Positions 1-9,885 are shown, counted from the first letter of the stretch. The stretch is 58,348 nucleotides of DNA from Sulfurimonadaceae bacterium (GCA_034005815.1 JAVETY010000001.1:1-58348), one strand, 5' to 3'. Notes: generated by a model from the letters alone, not told the origin. Numbers and translations are program-made.

Positions 1-92
1 ACGCCTGGCTCCATTCCGAACCCAGAAGCTAAGCCTCTCATCGCCGATAATACTGATCCTTGCAGGATTGGAAACGTAGGTCGCTGCCTAGC
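1..92 (+). rRNA. rrf: 5S rRNA, 3' portion (5' end outside the window)
   Basis: Conserved 5S motifs CCATTCCGAACCCAGAAGCTAAGC and GTAGGTCGCTGCC. Confidence 0.93.
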
Positions 93-306
93 TTTCACAT
101 TTTACTCCTTTTACAACATTCTCAAAACAATCACAATCTTTACTTCAATCACAAAATTAATCACTCACTTATCTACCAACTTTTACTATTGTTACTCTTA
201 TCTACTTTTATGCTATTTGCTTTTATGGCATGTTACAAATTTTAGAGTGTATCTCTAATACGAGTATCGTTTATAATGCAGTTTCTCCCAATAAAAACAT
301 AAAATA

Positions 307-315
307 TGCTAAAAT
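307..315 (+). promoter_or_regulatory. Extended -10 promoter TGcTAAAAT, 7 nt upstream of ATG 323 (leaderless geometry)
   Basis: TGn-TAAAAT; no Shine-Dalgarno sequence between the box and the ATG. Confidence 0.6.
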
Positions 316-322
316 TCCACCA

Positions 323-586
323 ATGAAATACAACCTACTTATATCTTTACTATTTTTCATAGCAACTACTCTTATGGCTGTCCATGAGGTGGAACATATT
401 ACTCACGATCATGCTTCGTGTGAAATTTGTATTCTTGTAAATAATTTTGTAAGCCCTGATCTCTCTCTCTCTATTTCAAAGGTTGAAATACTCCATTTTG
501 GCGCTATACTGTGCTATATAACAAAACCTTACTACCACCAACAATCTTCGACGTATGAGCCTCGTGCACCCCCTTCTATCTCCTAA
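323..586 (+). CDS. DUF2946/CruR-like small upstream ORF (hydrophobic N-terminus, His-rich segment, CxxC, C-terminal RAPP)
   Basis: MKYNLLISLLFFIATTLMAVHEVEHITHDHASCEIC...EPRAPPSIS; ATG 323 preferred over 230 because of the promoter position. Confidence 0.8.
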   Translation: MKYNLLISLLFFIATTLMAVHEVEHITHDHASCEICILVNNFVSPDLSLSISKVEILHFGAILCYITKPYYHQQSSTYEPRAPPSIS

Positions 587-638
587 TAGCAAATAAAAAA
601 AACTATACATTTACAAAAATAATAATTAGGAAATTTCT

Positions 639-1919
639 ATGAAAAAAATACTATTATCCTCTGCGCTGTGCGCAACTATTCTGTACGGCGATGCTGCTAA
701 TGTTTTACCAGCTGATAAACGAACTTTTGATCAATCAAAATATATTCCAGATATCTCTGTAATTTTAGATGCTTCTTATGTACAGAGAAATAAATCAAAT
801 GATGTTGTATCAGAGTTAGAGCTTCCAGGTGTAGCACACGGGCTTTTAGGTTCACATGCACATGGTGAGCATAATCACGCATCTTATAATGCAAATCAAG
901 GGTTTAATCTTAACTATGCAGAACTTGTACTCTCAAGTAATGTCGATCCATTTTTAACTATGGATGCTGTATTTCACTTTGATGAACACGGTGTAGAGAT
1001 TGAAGAAGCATACTTTACTACGACAGCACTAGGAAATGGTCTTCGTTTTCGTGGTGGAAAGATGTTTTCAAACTTTGGGTATCTAAACGCACAACACCAC
1101 CACTATTGGGATTTTGGTGACATGCCATTAGTGTATGAGGCATTTTTAGGAATGCACGGTATCAATGAACTAGGCGCCCAAATCCAATGGACAGCGCCAA
1201 CACCTTTTTATCTTATGGCAGGGTTTGAAGTACTTCAAGGAACAAATGAGCAGATGTTTGGAAATGAAACTATGCGCGATGCGAATGACGATGTGTTTGC
1301 AGAAGCAAAAGATGCACCTTCATTATATGTTGGATATATAAAAACATCTGCTGATGTGGGGGATACTACATTTTTTGGAGGGCTCTCTTATGCGCAAGGT
1401 ACTGCTAGAATCGATCATACAGAAGATGAGCATGCTCCACACGCATTTAGTGGAACAAGTAAGCTCTATGGAGCAGATTTTGTAGTGCTTCATGCCCTTG
1501 ATTCTTATAGCTCTATCAAATGGCAAACTGAATGGCTCAGTAGAGATATGGATGGAAAAAGCTATATGCTTGATGACACTACAAGACTTTTAACAGGCTC
1601 TGCTGATACTAGAAAAAAACAAACTGGTCTTTATAGTCAACTTATCTATACATATGATACGAACTGGAAAATGGGTGTGCGATACGACACTATTTATCAA
1701 AACGATGTGAAAATAAATGGTGTAAAAAAATCTTTACCTAATGATTTCCAAAAATACTCTGCAATGGTGGAATACCATACAAGTGAGTTTGCGCGTTTTA
1801 GACTTCAGTATAACCACAACGAATCACTTTATGATGGAAATGATAGACAAAAAACAATCAACACAATCATGCTTCAAGCAAACATTGCTATCGGAGCACA
1901 CGGAGCACATAGTTTCTAA
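639..1919 (+). CDS. His-rich outer-membrane beta-barrel protein, probable Zn/metal uptake porin
   Basis: Signal peptide; HAHGEHNH; GFNLNYAEL and EIEEAYF motifs; C-terminal GAHGAHSF with terminal Phe. Confidence 0.75.
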   Translation: MKKILLSSALCATILYGDAANVLPADKRTFDQSKYIPDISVILDASYVQRNKSNDVVSELELPGVAHGLLGSHAHGEHNHASYNANQGFNLNYAELVLSSNVDPFLTMDAVFHFDEHGVEIEEAYFTTTALGNGLRFRGGKMFSNFGYLNAQHHHYWDFGDMPLVYEAFLGMHGINELGAQIQWTAPTPFYLMAGFEVLQGTNEQMFGNETMRDANDDVFAEAKDAPSLYVGYIKTSADVGDTTFFGGLSYAQGTARIDHTEDEHAPHAFSGTSKLYGADFVVLHALDSYSSIKWQTEWLSRDMDGKSYMLDDTTRLLTGSADTRKKQTGLYSQLIYTYDTNWKMGVRYDTIYQNDVKINGVKKSLPNDFQKYSAMVEYHTSEFARFRLQYNHNESLYDGNDRQKTINTIMLQANIAIGAHGAHSF

Positions 1920-1925
1920 TACATC

Positions 1926-1953
1926 ATGGCATGTCACTTTTTATGGCATGTCA
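1926..1953 (+). repeat. Direct pair of ATGGCATGTCA (1926 and 1943)
   Basis: Read directly from the sequence. Confidence 0.9.
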
Positions 1954-1980
1954 TAAAGTTAAAACTTATAAAGGATTTTT

Positions 1981-2856
1981 ATGAAAACAGTTTTATTATT
2001 TTTTCTTCTTCCACTCAGCCTTTTTGCAAAACTTAGTATTGCTGTAAGTTATCCCTATATTGGAACTCTTGTAAATACTATAGGAGGAGAACATGCCCAG
2101 AGTGTTGTTTTAGCACAAGGGAAGTGGGATCCGCACTTTATTATTCCTAAGCCATCTCTTATCGCAAAAGTACGTAATGCGGATGCGATGATAATCAACG
2201 GAGCACAACTAGAAATAGGTTGGCTTCCTCCACTTATTAACCGTGCATCCAATGCGAAAACGATGCCAAATGCACCTACATTTTTAAATCTCTCTCACTA
2301 CATAGAACTTTTGGATAAGCCACTGGATGTCAATAGAAAAGATGGGGATATACATCCCGATGGGAATCCGCACTTTCATCTAAGCCCACATAATATTCTT
2401 CCATTAGCCAAAGCAACAAAAGAGTTCCTTATAAAGCTTGATGCTACACATGCAAAGGAATATGAAGAGAATTACAACCAATTTGCTATGATATGGCAAG
2501 AAAAGCTTCTCTTGTGGCAAAAAAAGATGGCAGAGAAAAAAGGACTCCAAGTGGTGCAGTTTCATGATAATCTTGCTTATTTTAATAATGCGTATGGATT
2601 ACAAAATATTGCAACTTTAGAGCCACTTCCAGGGATTCCACCCTCTTCTAAACATACATTACATGTGATAGAACTTATCAAGAAAGAGAAGCCATGTTGT
2701 ATCTTACATGATGTCTACCACTCTACAAAAACGGCGGATTATATAAGTGAAAAAACAGCTATCAAGATTGTTTTAATGCCTCATGATATAGGTGCGATAA
2801 ACGAAGTAGATGATTTAATTTCACTTTTTGATTATCTCGTAGGAAGATTTGAATGA
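1981..2856 (+). CDS. Zn/Mn ABC transporter substrate-binding protein (ZnuA/TroA family)
   Basis: DPH, NGAQLE, GNPHFHL and LEPLPGIPPS motifs. Confidence 0.9.
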   Translation: MKTVLLFFLLPLSLFAKLSIAVSYPYIGTLVNTIGGEHAQSVVLAQGKWDPHFIIPKPSLIAKVRNADAMIINGAQLEIGWLPPLINRASNAKTMPNAPTFLNLSHYIELLDKPLDVNRKDGDIHPDGNPHFHLSPHNILPLAKATKEFLIKLDATHAKEYEENYNQFAMIWQEKLLLWQKKMAEKKGLQVVQFHDNLAYFNNAYGLQNIATLEPLPGIPPSSKHTLHVIELIKKEKPCCILHDVYHSTKTADYISEKTAIKIVLMPHDIGAINEVDDLISLFDYLVGRFE

Positions 2857-3593
2857 TAGACATACTTCTTACTCCCATCGCTTTAGTCATTATCCTTGTG
2901 ATGCTCCATGCATACTTTGGAATGGAGATTTTAGCGCGTGGGATTATATTTACAGATTTGGCAATTGCGCAGTTTGCAGCGCTTGGTTCTGCTATTAGTC
3001 TTGGGTTTTTTCATGAGGAATATTTTTATCTTCTTACACTTAGTTTTGCACTTTTTTGTGCACTGCTAATCGCTTTTGCTTCGACTAGACGCATCCATCT
3101 TGAGGCATTTATAGGGATATTGTATATCTTTGGTGCGAGTGGGATTATGATGGTTTTAGCACATTCATCAGAAGGTATGGAACATTTCAAATCACTTCTT
3201 GCAAGTGATATACTCTTTACGCCACCAAGTGAGGTGTACAAAAGTGCTCTTATTTATGCGATTATCGGTTTATGTTTATATATTATTTATCCAAGACTCA
3301 AAGGATTTTTAAGAGAACTTTTGTTCTTCTCTCTTTTAGCTCTTACTGTTACCTCTTCTGTGATGCTAGCAGGTGTCCTTGTCGTGTTTGTACTACTTAT
3401 AGCGCCAGCACTTGTTGCCATCTCTCTTAAAGTACACAAACCTCTTTTGGTGAGTTTTATTTATGGATGGAGTTTTAGTATAGCAGCAATCATTCTTAGC
3501 TTCTATCTTGATTTGCCAACGGGATATACTATTGTTTCCTTAGGTGCGATTATCACTGCATCTATCGTATTATTTAGCTCTAAAAAAGCTTAA
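2853..3593 (+). CDS. Metal ABC transporter permease (ZnuB/ABC-3 family)
   Basis: Multi-TM; RGIIFTDLAIAQ and GVLVVFVLLIAPA motifs; 4-bp overlap with upstream gene. Confidence 0.88.
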   Translation: MIDILLTPIALVIILVMLHAYFGMEILARGIIFTDLAIAQFAALGSAISLGFFHEEYFYLLTLSFALFCALLIAFASTRRIHLEAFIGILYIFGASGIMMVLAHSSEGMEHFKSLLASDILFTPPSEVYKSALIYAIIGLCLYIIYPRLKGFLRELLFFSLLALTVTSSVMLAGVLVVFVLLIAPALVAISLKVHKPLLVSFIYGWSFSIAAIILSFYLDLPTGYTIVSLGAIITASIVLFSSKKA

Positions 3594-5905
3594 GCCTCTA
3601 GGCTTAAAATCTTTTCTAGTTTTTTCTTCTTGAGTATCTCTTCTATTTGTGCGATTGGCATTGGTCTGTAGTAGAGATATCCTTGTGCTTCAAAACATTT
3701 GTGATTTTTCAAAAATTTTGCTTGCTCTTCAGTCTCTACACCCTCAGCAATAACGCTGAGATTTAAGCTGTGTGCAATTGCTATAATCGCACGAGTAAGT
3801 TCCATATCATCTTTATCTATAGCTAGATCTCGTACAAATGATTGATCAATCTTTATTTTATTGATAGGTAAGCGCTTGAGATAAGAGAGTGAAGATTGCC
3901 CCGTTCCAAAATCATCAATCGCAATTTTAAATCCGAGTGCTCTTATCTCTTTTAAGACCTTGATAGTATCATCAGGGTTACTCATAATCTGTGTTTCAGT
4001 CACTTCAAACATTACAGTTTGTGTCTCTAACCCATACTCACGTACCATATTGGAAGCAACTTCTACAAAATCATCTGTTGCAAGTTGCATCATAGAGAGG
4101 TTAAGTGAAAGTACACCTGTATCTAAACCATCTCTCTTCCAAGCAGAAAAACTTTTAAGTGCTTTTTTCATCACAAGCCTATCGAGTGGCACTATAAGAC
4201 GGGTATCTTCTGCAAGAGGGATAAACTCGGCAGGGGATATCATCGTTCCATCCTCTTTTATCCAGCGTACTAGCGCTTCCATCCCTATTATGTCTTTATC
4301 TTTTGTAAGCATATTGACCTGTGGTTGGAGATAAACAAGGAGCTCCTCATTTTCAATTGCTTTTCGTAGTTGTGTCTCTAAAATAATACGTTCATACGCT
4401 TTGTCCGTCATATTTTTTGTATAAAACTGATAGTTATTACGCCCTTTATCCTTTGCTTTGTACATCGCAGCATCGGCATTTTTTAAAATCTCATCTGAAC
4501 TTGAACCATTTTGTGGATAGAGTGCTATACCAATACTACATGAAATATAAAATTCATGTCCATCTATTTTGTGGATCTCTTTCATCTTTTCCATCACATC
4601 ATTAACACTATCTATTACTTTGTTTTCATTGTGGATGTCTGGTAATAAAATAGCAAATTCGTCTCCACCAAGTCTTGCTATGGTGTCTGATTTTTTTGTT
4701 ACTTCTGCTAAGAGGTGTCCTATATTTTGTAGAAGTTTATCCCCTACACTATGTCCAAAACTATCATTTATCTCTTTAAAATGGTCCAAATCTAAAAATA
4801 ATACAGCGACCATAGTAGACCCATTGATTGAATTCATTATCGCTTGTTCAAGCCTATCAAGAAATAAGAGTCTATTTGGCAAGCTTGTAAGTAAATCATG
4901 GCGTGCTTGATATTGTAACATGAGGGAGTGTTCATCAAAAACTTTTGCAAGTGCATCAATCTCATCATCTGTGCCCATAGGACTACAAAGTGTGTCTTCA
5001 CTTCCATCAGAGTTTCTTACACGTTTATAGAGCTCTAAAATCGGATAGGTTATCTTGTTTGCAACTATATATGCAGCGATAATTCCCAATGTCATAAACA
5101 AAAATCCCATAAGTGAAAGATAAAATAAAGCTCTTTTGATGGGTAGTAAATAATCATCCTCTAAAGCTCCAAGAGAGATTACTAATCCAAGCTTTTGAAT
5201 CCAAAATGTTTTATCCAAAGGAGCAAGTTTAAAAAAAGTATACGTTTTACTTGCGTCATGGCGGTAGCTATATAAAAGATTTTCACCCTTATAGAGCATA
5301 AGTGCAGTGTTACTATCATTTGGTAAAAGACGTGCACCAATCGCTTTTGTATTAAAAACAGCAATAATAGCACCTTGCGTTGTATTGTAGTAACGTATAG
5401 GAACCATGAGTATAATATTTTTTGTAGCTTCATCAAAAAATATTACCTCTTTTCCAAGCGCCAAAGAGGATCGAAGTGCTTGCGAAGTTGCATACGTTGG
5501 CATTTTGTCTAATGTTTTATAGAGAGTAGCCCCATCAAAATCAACTACTCCAAGTGCGACAATATCTTTACTCTCAATAAAATTATCGACTATAGGGGTA
5601 AGATAGCTCTCCCGTTTTTTTGCATCGATAAGTGCATTAATGATAAATTCATTTCTCGCTAAAAGTAGTGTGCTATCGACTAAATATTGTAAACGCTCCT
5701 CAATTCTATGTTGGGTTGCATACGCGTTGTTGCTTAAAAGGTTTTTCATTTGTGTCTGCATCTGATAGTTTGAGAGCAGAGTAGCCATGAGTCCCATACC
5801 AAAAACTGTCAGGCCAATAAGTAGAGAGACCTGCCAAATTACCCTTATTTTTATACTTTTTTTAATTGGATAAGAGATGCCAGAGGAGAGAGGATCAAGT
5901 TTCAC
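3590..5905 (-). CDS. Membrane-bound GGDEF-EAL c-di-GMP enzyme with periplasmic sensor and HAMP domain
   Basis: HDLLTSLPNR, RLGGDEF, EALVRW and IDDFGTG motifs; two TM segments. Confidence 0.95.
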   Translation of the reverse strand: MKLDPLSSGISYPIKKSIKIRVIWQVSLLIGLTVFGMGLMATLLSNYQMQTQMKNLLSNNAYATQHRIEERLQYLVDSTLLLARNEFIINALIDAKKRESYLTPIVDNFIESKDIVALGVVDFDGATLYKTLDKMPTYATSQALRSSLALGKEVIFFDEATKNIILMVPIRYYNTTQGAIIAVFNTKAIGARLLPNDSNTALMLYKGENLLYSYRHDASKTYTFFKLAPLDKTFWIQKLGLVISLGALEDDYLLPIKRALFYLSLMGFLFMTLGIIAAYIVANKITYPILELYKRVRNSDGSEDTLCSPMGTDDEIDALAKVFDEHSLMLQYQARHDLLTSLPNRLLFLDRLEQAIMNSINGSTMVAVLFLDLDHFKEINDSFGHSVGDKLLQNIGHLLAEVTKKSDTIARLGGDEFAILLPDIHNENKVIDSVNDVMEKMKEIHKIDGHEFYISCSIGIALYPQNGSSSDEILKNADAAMYKAKDKGRNNYQFYTKNMTDKAYERIILETQLRKAIENEELLVYLQPQVNMLTKDKDIIGMEALVRWIKEDGTMISPAEFIPLAEDTRLIVPLDRLVMKKALKSFSAWKRDGLDTGVLSLNLSMMQLATDDFVEVASNMVREYGLETQTVMFEVTETQIMSNPDDTIKVLKEIRALGFKIAIDDFGTGQSSLSYLKRLPINKIKIDQSFVRDLAIDKDDMELTRAIIAIAHSLNLSVIAEGVETEEQAKFLKNHKCFEAQGYLYYRPMPIAQIEEILKKKKLEKILSLEA

Positions 5906-8037
5906 TTATTTCCTCCATGAAGTGGGATGATTTTACCATCTTCGCTATACTTTGCCATGCGATAATCCTCTTTTGAAAAAGCCTCATGGACACCTTGTTT
6001 AAAAGGATTTATATATCGTTTTAAAGCTCCATCATATGTTTTTATTGCTTCAAGTGCTTGTATCACTTTGGGATATTCAAAACTATTTGCATCCTGTATT
6101 GCTTGAAAAAGGAGTTGCACACTATCATAGCTTTGTAACACTGCAAAAGAGAGGTTCTCATAATCTTCATCTAAAAAATCATAGGTTTGTTCATATTTTG
6201 CTAAAAGATTTTTTGCTTTTTTTGATACAAAATCATTATAAATAAAAGTTTGAATAAAACATAAATCCAACAAAGGAAGTACAGCTTTTGTTTGTTCAAA
6301 AAGCTCTCCACCTACAAGACCCCAGTGAGAGACTATAGGTAAGGGATTTTTTTGTTTTGCCATTTCAAGAAGAATTGCAGAACTCTCTTTTGGATTTGAT
6401 ACTATTACTAAAATCTCTGCACCATCTTCATAAATAGAGGCTATCTTTTTGCTAAAATCTAGTTCACCTCTATTAAATGCGATACCTTCAAGTTTTTTAT
6501 CATGCTGTGCAAGAAAACGTTCCATGTTTTCAAAGTTGCTACGACCCCACACTGAGTTTTCATATAAAACAGCTATCTTATCACTTCGAGTAAGAGCATG
6601 CTCTATTAGAAACTCTGAAGCATAGAGACTATTGGCAGAGACTCTAAAAACATTATTTGTTTCCCCATTTACTTTTGTTAAACCTGAGTGGGATGACCAT
6701 CCAAGCATAAGTGGAATTTGTTTCTCTTGAAAGAGCTTTATCTCTTCAAAAACAATGGCACTATGAATTCCACCCAAAAGCCCTATAAGATTTTCAAACT
6801 CTAATAAATCACGCACATTCTCCACCCCTCTTGAAGCAATAGCACGGTTATCTTTTGCAACAAGCACCACTTTTTTTCCAAGAAGTCCACCTTTTGCATT
6901 TATCTCATCGATTGCTAGTTCTGCACCACGTTTGAGTGCGAGTCCTGCTTTACCAACTTCCAAAGATAAATCAGCATCAAACCCTAAAACCACTTCATTT
7001 TTTGGATTTTGATATTTTTTATATAAAAACTCTTGTGACTTTGAGATAATATCGCTTCCAATAATTGATTCAAATTTTTTTGGGATATTTTGCATAAGAT
7101 GCTGAAATCTATCTTGTTGTTCTTTTGAAAGTGTATCGATTTTGATACTTGATTCGGCTATTTTAGCTAGTAACTCTTTCTCTTTGAGCTTTGTTTGCTC
7201 TCTCTCCCACGGGGTTACTTCGAGTGCTGTTTCAATTAATATATCTCTATATTCCATAGGAAGTGATTGATATGTTTTTGCGCTGATACCAAAGATATAA
7301 CCCATAAAAGCATGCTCACTCAGGGTCATATGTTTTTGTGCGAGATGAAAGCCCATTGTGTAAATGGCAACTAATGGGTTTTCTTGTCCATCAACTGCAT
7401 TATCTTTGAGTGCCTCTTTGGTTGCATGAAAATCTATAGCAACGGGATCAGCTCCTAAAAGTCTAAACTGCTCCATCAAGATTCGACTTTTCATCACACG
7501 TATCTTTTTACCATTAAAATCATCAGGAGTTAAAAGTGGAGTATTGGCTGTGAAATGTTTAAAGCCATTATCCCAAACACTCACTCCAACTAAATCAATA
7601 GCAGAGAGTTTATCTAAAAGTATGCGACCAACTTCCCCATCTAAGAGCGCGTATACATCCTCACGAGAAGGGAAATAAAAAGGCAAATCAGCATATTGCA
7701 TCGCAGGAATAGCAGCACTCATCTTTGCTGTTGGGATGAGGACAATATCAAGCTCACCTAAGCGTGCAAGTTCAAGCATCTGATAATCATTCCCTAAAGC
7801 TTGGTTGGGATAAAGTTCTACTATAACTTTTCCATTTGTTTTTTGTTTTACACTCTGAGCAAAACGCTCTGCAGCTTGATGTAAAACACTCTCTTTTGGG
7901 ATGTTATATCCAAAACGAAGCACTATCTCTTTTGTGGCTATTTTCACTTCTGGTAAAAGCTCAGGTTCAAATGCTTTATATACAAGATATAAAATACCAA
8001 TAGATATAATTCCAAAAAATAAAACAAACTTTTTCAT
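5902..8037 (-). CDS. Fusion of a TRAP DctP solute-binding domain and a LivK-like type 1 periplasmic binding domain
   Basis: N-half YPNQALG, GKKIRV, VDGQENP; C-half GAELAIDEINAKGGLLGKKV, YDSVQLL. Confidence 0.88.
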   Translation of the reverse strand: MKKFVLFFGIISIGILYLVYKAFEPELLPEVKIATKEIVLRFGYNIPKESVLHQAAERFAQSVKQKTNGKVIVELYPNQALGNDYQMLELARLGELDIVLIPTAKMSAAIPAMQYADLPFYFPSREDVYALLDGEVGRILLDKLSAIDLVGVSVWDNGFKHFTANTPLLTPDDFNGKKIRVMKSRILMEQFRLLGADPVAIDFHATKEALKDNAVDGQENPLVAIYTMGFHLAQKHMTLSEHAFMGYIFGISAKTYQSLPMEYRDILIETALEVTPWEREQTKLKEKELLAKIAESSIKIDTLSKEQQDRFQHLMQNIPKKFESIIGSDIISKSQEFLYKKYQNPKNEVVLGFDADLSLEVGKAGLALKRGAELAIDEINAKGGLLGKKVVLVAKDNRAIASRGVENVRDLLEFENLIGLLGGIHSAIVFEEIKLFQEKQIPLMLGWSSHSGLTKVNGETNNVFRVSANSLYASEFLIEHALTRSDKIAVLYENSVWGRSNFENMERFLAQHDKKLEGIAFNRGELDFSKKIASIYEDGAEILVIVSNPKESSAILLEMAKQKNPLPIVSHWGLVGGELFEQTKAVLPLLDLCFIQTFIYNDFVSKKAKNLLAKYEQTYDFLDEDYENLSFAVLQSYDSVQLLFQAIQDANSFEYPKVIQALEAIKTYDGALKRYINPFKQGVHEAFSKEDYRMAKYSEDGKIIPLHGGNK

Positions 8038-8155
8038 CTATTCATCACTTTTTTTAATCTTGATTTTCTCTATACATAAATTATGTTCTTATTATATTTA
8101 ATTTTTCCATTATTTTAGTTGATTATAATCAAGCGACTTAAAATAGGAGCATAGA

Positions 8156-8467
8156 GTGAGATTTCCTAATGAATGGACACAAAAAGAATATCTACAAAAT
8201 AAAGTTTTATTAGAAAAAGAAGGGATAAAAGTATTGCTTATAGACACGATTTTATCCCCTATAGAAAAAGCAGACACAGTGCTTTACAACCCTTTTTTAT
8301 TAAGCAAAGAGCCAGAGGGAAGCGTTTTCGTTTTTTACTGCGATACTGGTAAAGCAACCTTGAACCGCCTCAAAGAGTACAAAGCAAAATTTCCAAACCA
8401 TTATTGTATATCGCTCAAAGGTGGTAGAGGATACTGGCGTGTGAATATGAGTAAAGAAAATATATGA
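8156..8467 (+). CDS. Small rhodanese-like protein
   Basis: VFYCDTG and SLKGG motifs; GTG start after AGGAG. Confidence 0.55.
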   Translation: MRFPNEWTQKEYLQNKVLLEKEGIKVLLIDTILSPIEKADTVLYNPFLLSKEPEGSVFVFYCDTGKATLNRLKEYKAKFPNHYCISLKGGRGYWRVNMSKENI

Positions 8468-8802
8468 GAGAAACATTGGAGCAATTCTTGGCATGTTTAT
8501 ACCAAGAGAGATTTTTTGAAGCACATGAAGTGCTTGAATCTCTCTGGTTTCCTCGAAGGTTTGAGTTATGTGATGAAATAAAACTACTTAAAGGGTTTAT
8601 AAATGCTGCTGTGAGTTTTGAACTTCTCAAAAAAGAGCGTCCCAAGGCAGCCCAAAAAGTATGGCAAAATTATCTCAAATATAAACCTCTTATCTCCTCG
8701 ATAAACTCTGAATATAAAGAGGATTTTTATAAACTTTCATGGCATGTCGAAAAGATACATGCCATGAAAAACTCCCTAGTTTCACACGAAGCTAGGTTAT
8801 AA
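8464..8802 (+). CDS. DUF309 family protein
   Basis: FFEAHEVLESLW and KGFINAAV motifs. Confidence 0.85.
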   Translation: MRETLEQFLACLYQERFFEAHEVLESLWFPRRFELCDEIKLLKGFINAAVSFELLKKERPKAAQKVWQNYLKYKPLISSINSEYKEDFYKLSWHVEKIHAMKNSLVSHEARL

Positions 8803-8804
8803 TT
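8684..8804 (+). repeat. Direct repeat copy 1 (121 bp, one mismatch against 12494-12614)
   Basis: Base-by-base comparison; contains the inverted ATGGCATGT pair at 8739/8757. Confidence 0.95.
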
Positions 8805-8820
8805 ACAAAAATAAAATCAA

Positions 8821-9322
8821 ATGGGTAATAAAGTGAACTTTTCCGGATTATTAGAACAAATAACTTTATTTGCAAATGAATATAGTTTGAAAATAATTGG
8901 AGTGATTCTTATTTTTGTAATAGGAAGATTTCTTGCAAAACAATTAACTATTTTTTCAAGAAAAATTATGATAAAAGCAAGAATAGATATCACTTTAGTA
9001 GTATTTTTAAGTAATATTATCTATTTTACACTTTTACTTATGGTGTTTATTGCAGCGTTAAATGCATTAGATATTAATACCACTTCATTTATTGCAGTAC
9101 TTGGTGCGGCGGTTATTATTATATTTCGTCCTTTTAAAGTGGATGATCTTGTTGAAGTGTCTGGCGTTACGGGAGTAGTAAAAGAGATTAATCTCTTTTC
9201 AACTATTTTAGAGCCTGTGGATAAAAGTATTGTTACTATGAAGAACCTCGCATCCTCAAAGACCCAGAATCTTTAGTTGTTGTCAATGCGCTAAGTGAAA
9301 ATAGTGTAGATTTGCTCTTTCG
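8821..9322 (+). pseudogene. mscS: Decayed mscS paralog (two internal deletions, 3' truncation)
   Basis: Aligns to 12632-13450 but lacks TLGIGLALKDSLANIGAA; jumps from ...KSIVT to EEPRI...VDLLFR out of frame, then stops. Confidence 0.88.
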
Positions 9323-9433
9323 GCACTTGCATCTATGGCTGGTTTAGCTCCGAGACTTAGCTCTGCAATTGTTGGTTATGGAATTCTTATATCGTTTATA
9401 ACCACGTGGATTGTTTACAAAATAATTATCTAA
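9323..9433 (+). pseudogene. C-terminal remnant of an AEC (auxin efflux carrier)-like membrane transporter
   Basis: Translates as ALASMAGLAPRLSSAIVGYGILISFITTWIVYKIII*; fused directly to the mscS remnant. Confidence 0.55.
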
Positions 9434-9444
9434 GGAGAGCCATA

Positions 9445-9885
9445 ATGGAGTGTTACTGTAAAAGTAAAAAAGAGTTTAGCGAGTGCTGCGAGCCATATTT
9501 AAGTGGTGATAAAAAAGCTCCATCTGCGCTTGAACTTATGAGAAGCAGATATAGCGCTTATGTTTTAGGAAATGGTTATTACATAGTAAACACAGCATCA
9601 AAAGAATCACGCTATAAAGATGATATAACACTTATAGAAGAGTACGCCAGAAGTGTTAGATGGCTAGGGCTTGAAATAGTAAAAGCAGAGAAAAATGTAG
9701 TCGAGTTCAAAGCCTACTATGAAGATAACAGTGGACTACATGTACAACATGAGAGAAGCAACTTCATCTTTGAAGATGGCTTCTGGCTCTACAAAGATGG
9801 AAAATTATTTAACTCCAAAATAGAGCGAAACATACAATGCCCATGTCAAAGTGGTAAGAAGTATAAAAAGTGTTGTAAAAATTAG
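9445..9885 (+). CDS. ychJ: YchJ family protein with SEC-C motifs
   Basis: CYC..CC, LMRSRYSAY, HERSNF and CPCQSGKKYKKCC; AGGAG before ATG 9445. Confidence 0.92.
   Translation: MECYCKSKKEFSECCEPYLSGDKKAPSALELMRSRYSAYVLGNGYYIVNTASKESRYKDDITLIEEYARSVRWLGLEIVKAEKNVVEFKAYYEDNSGLHVQHERSNFIFEDGFWLYKDGKLFNSKIERNIQCPCQSGKKYKKCCKN

Noticed and set aside
60-245. 61-aa ORF overlapping the 5S rRNA end
   Set aside because: Starts inside the rRNA and runs through a G-poor, low-complexity trailer; no coding signal
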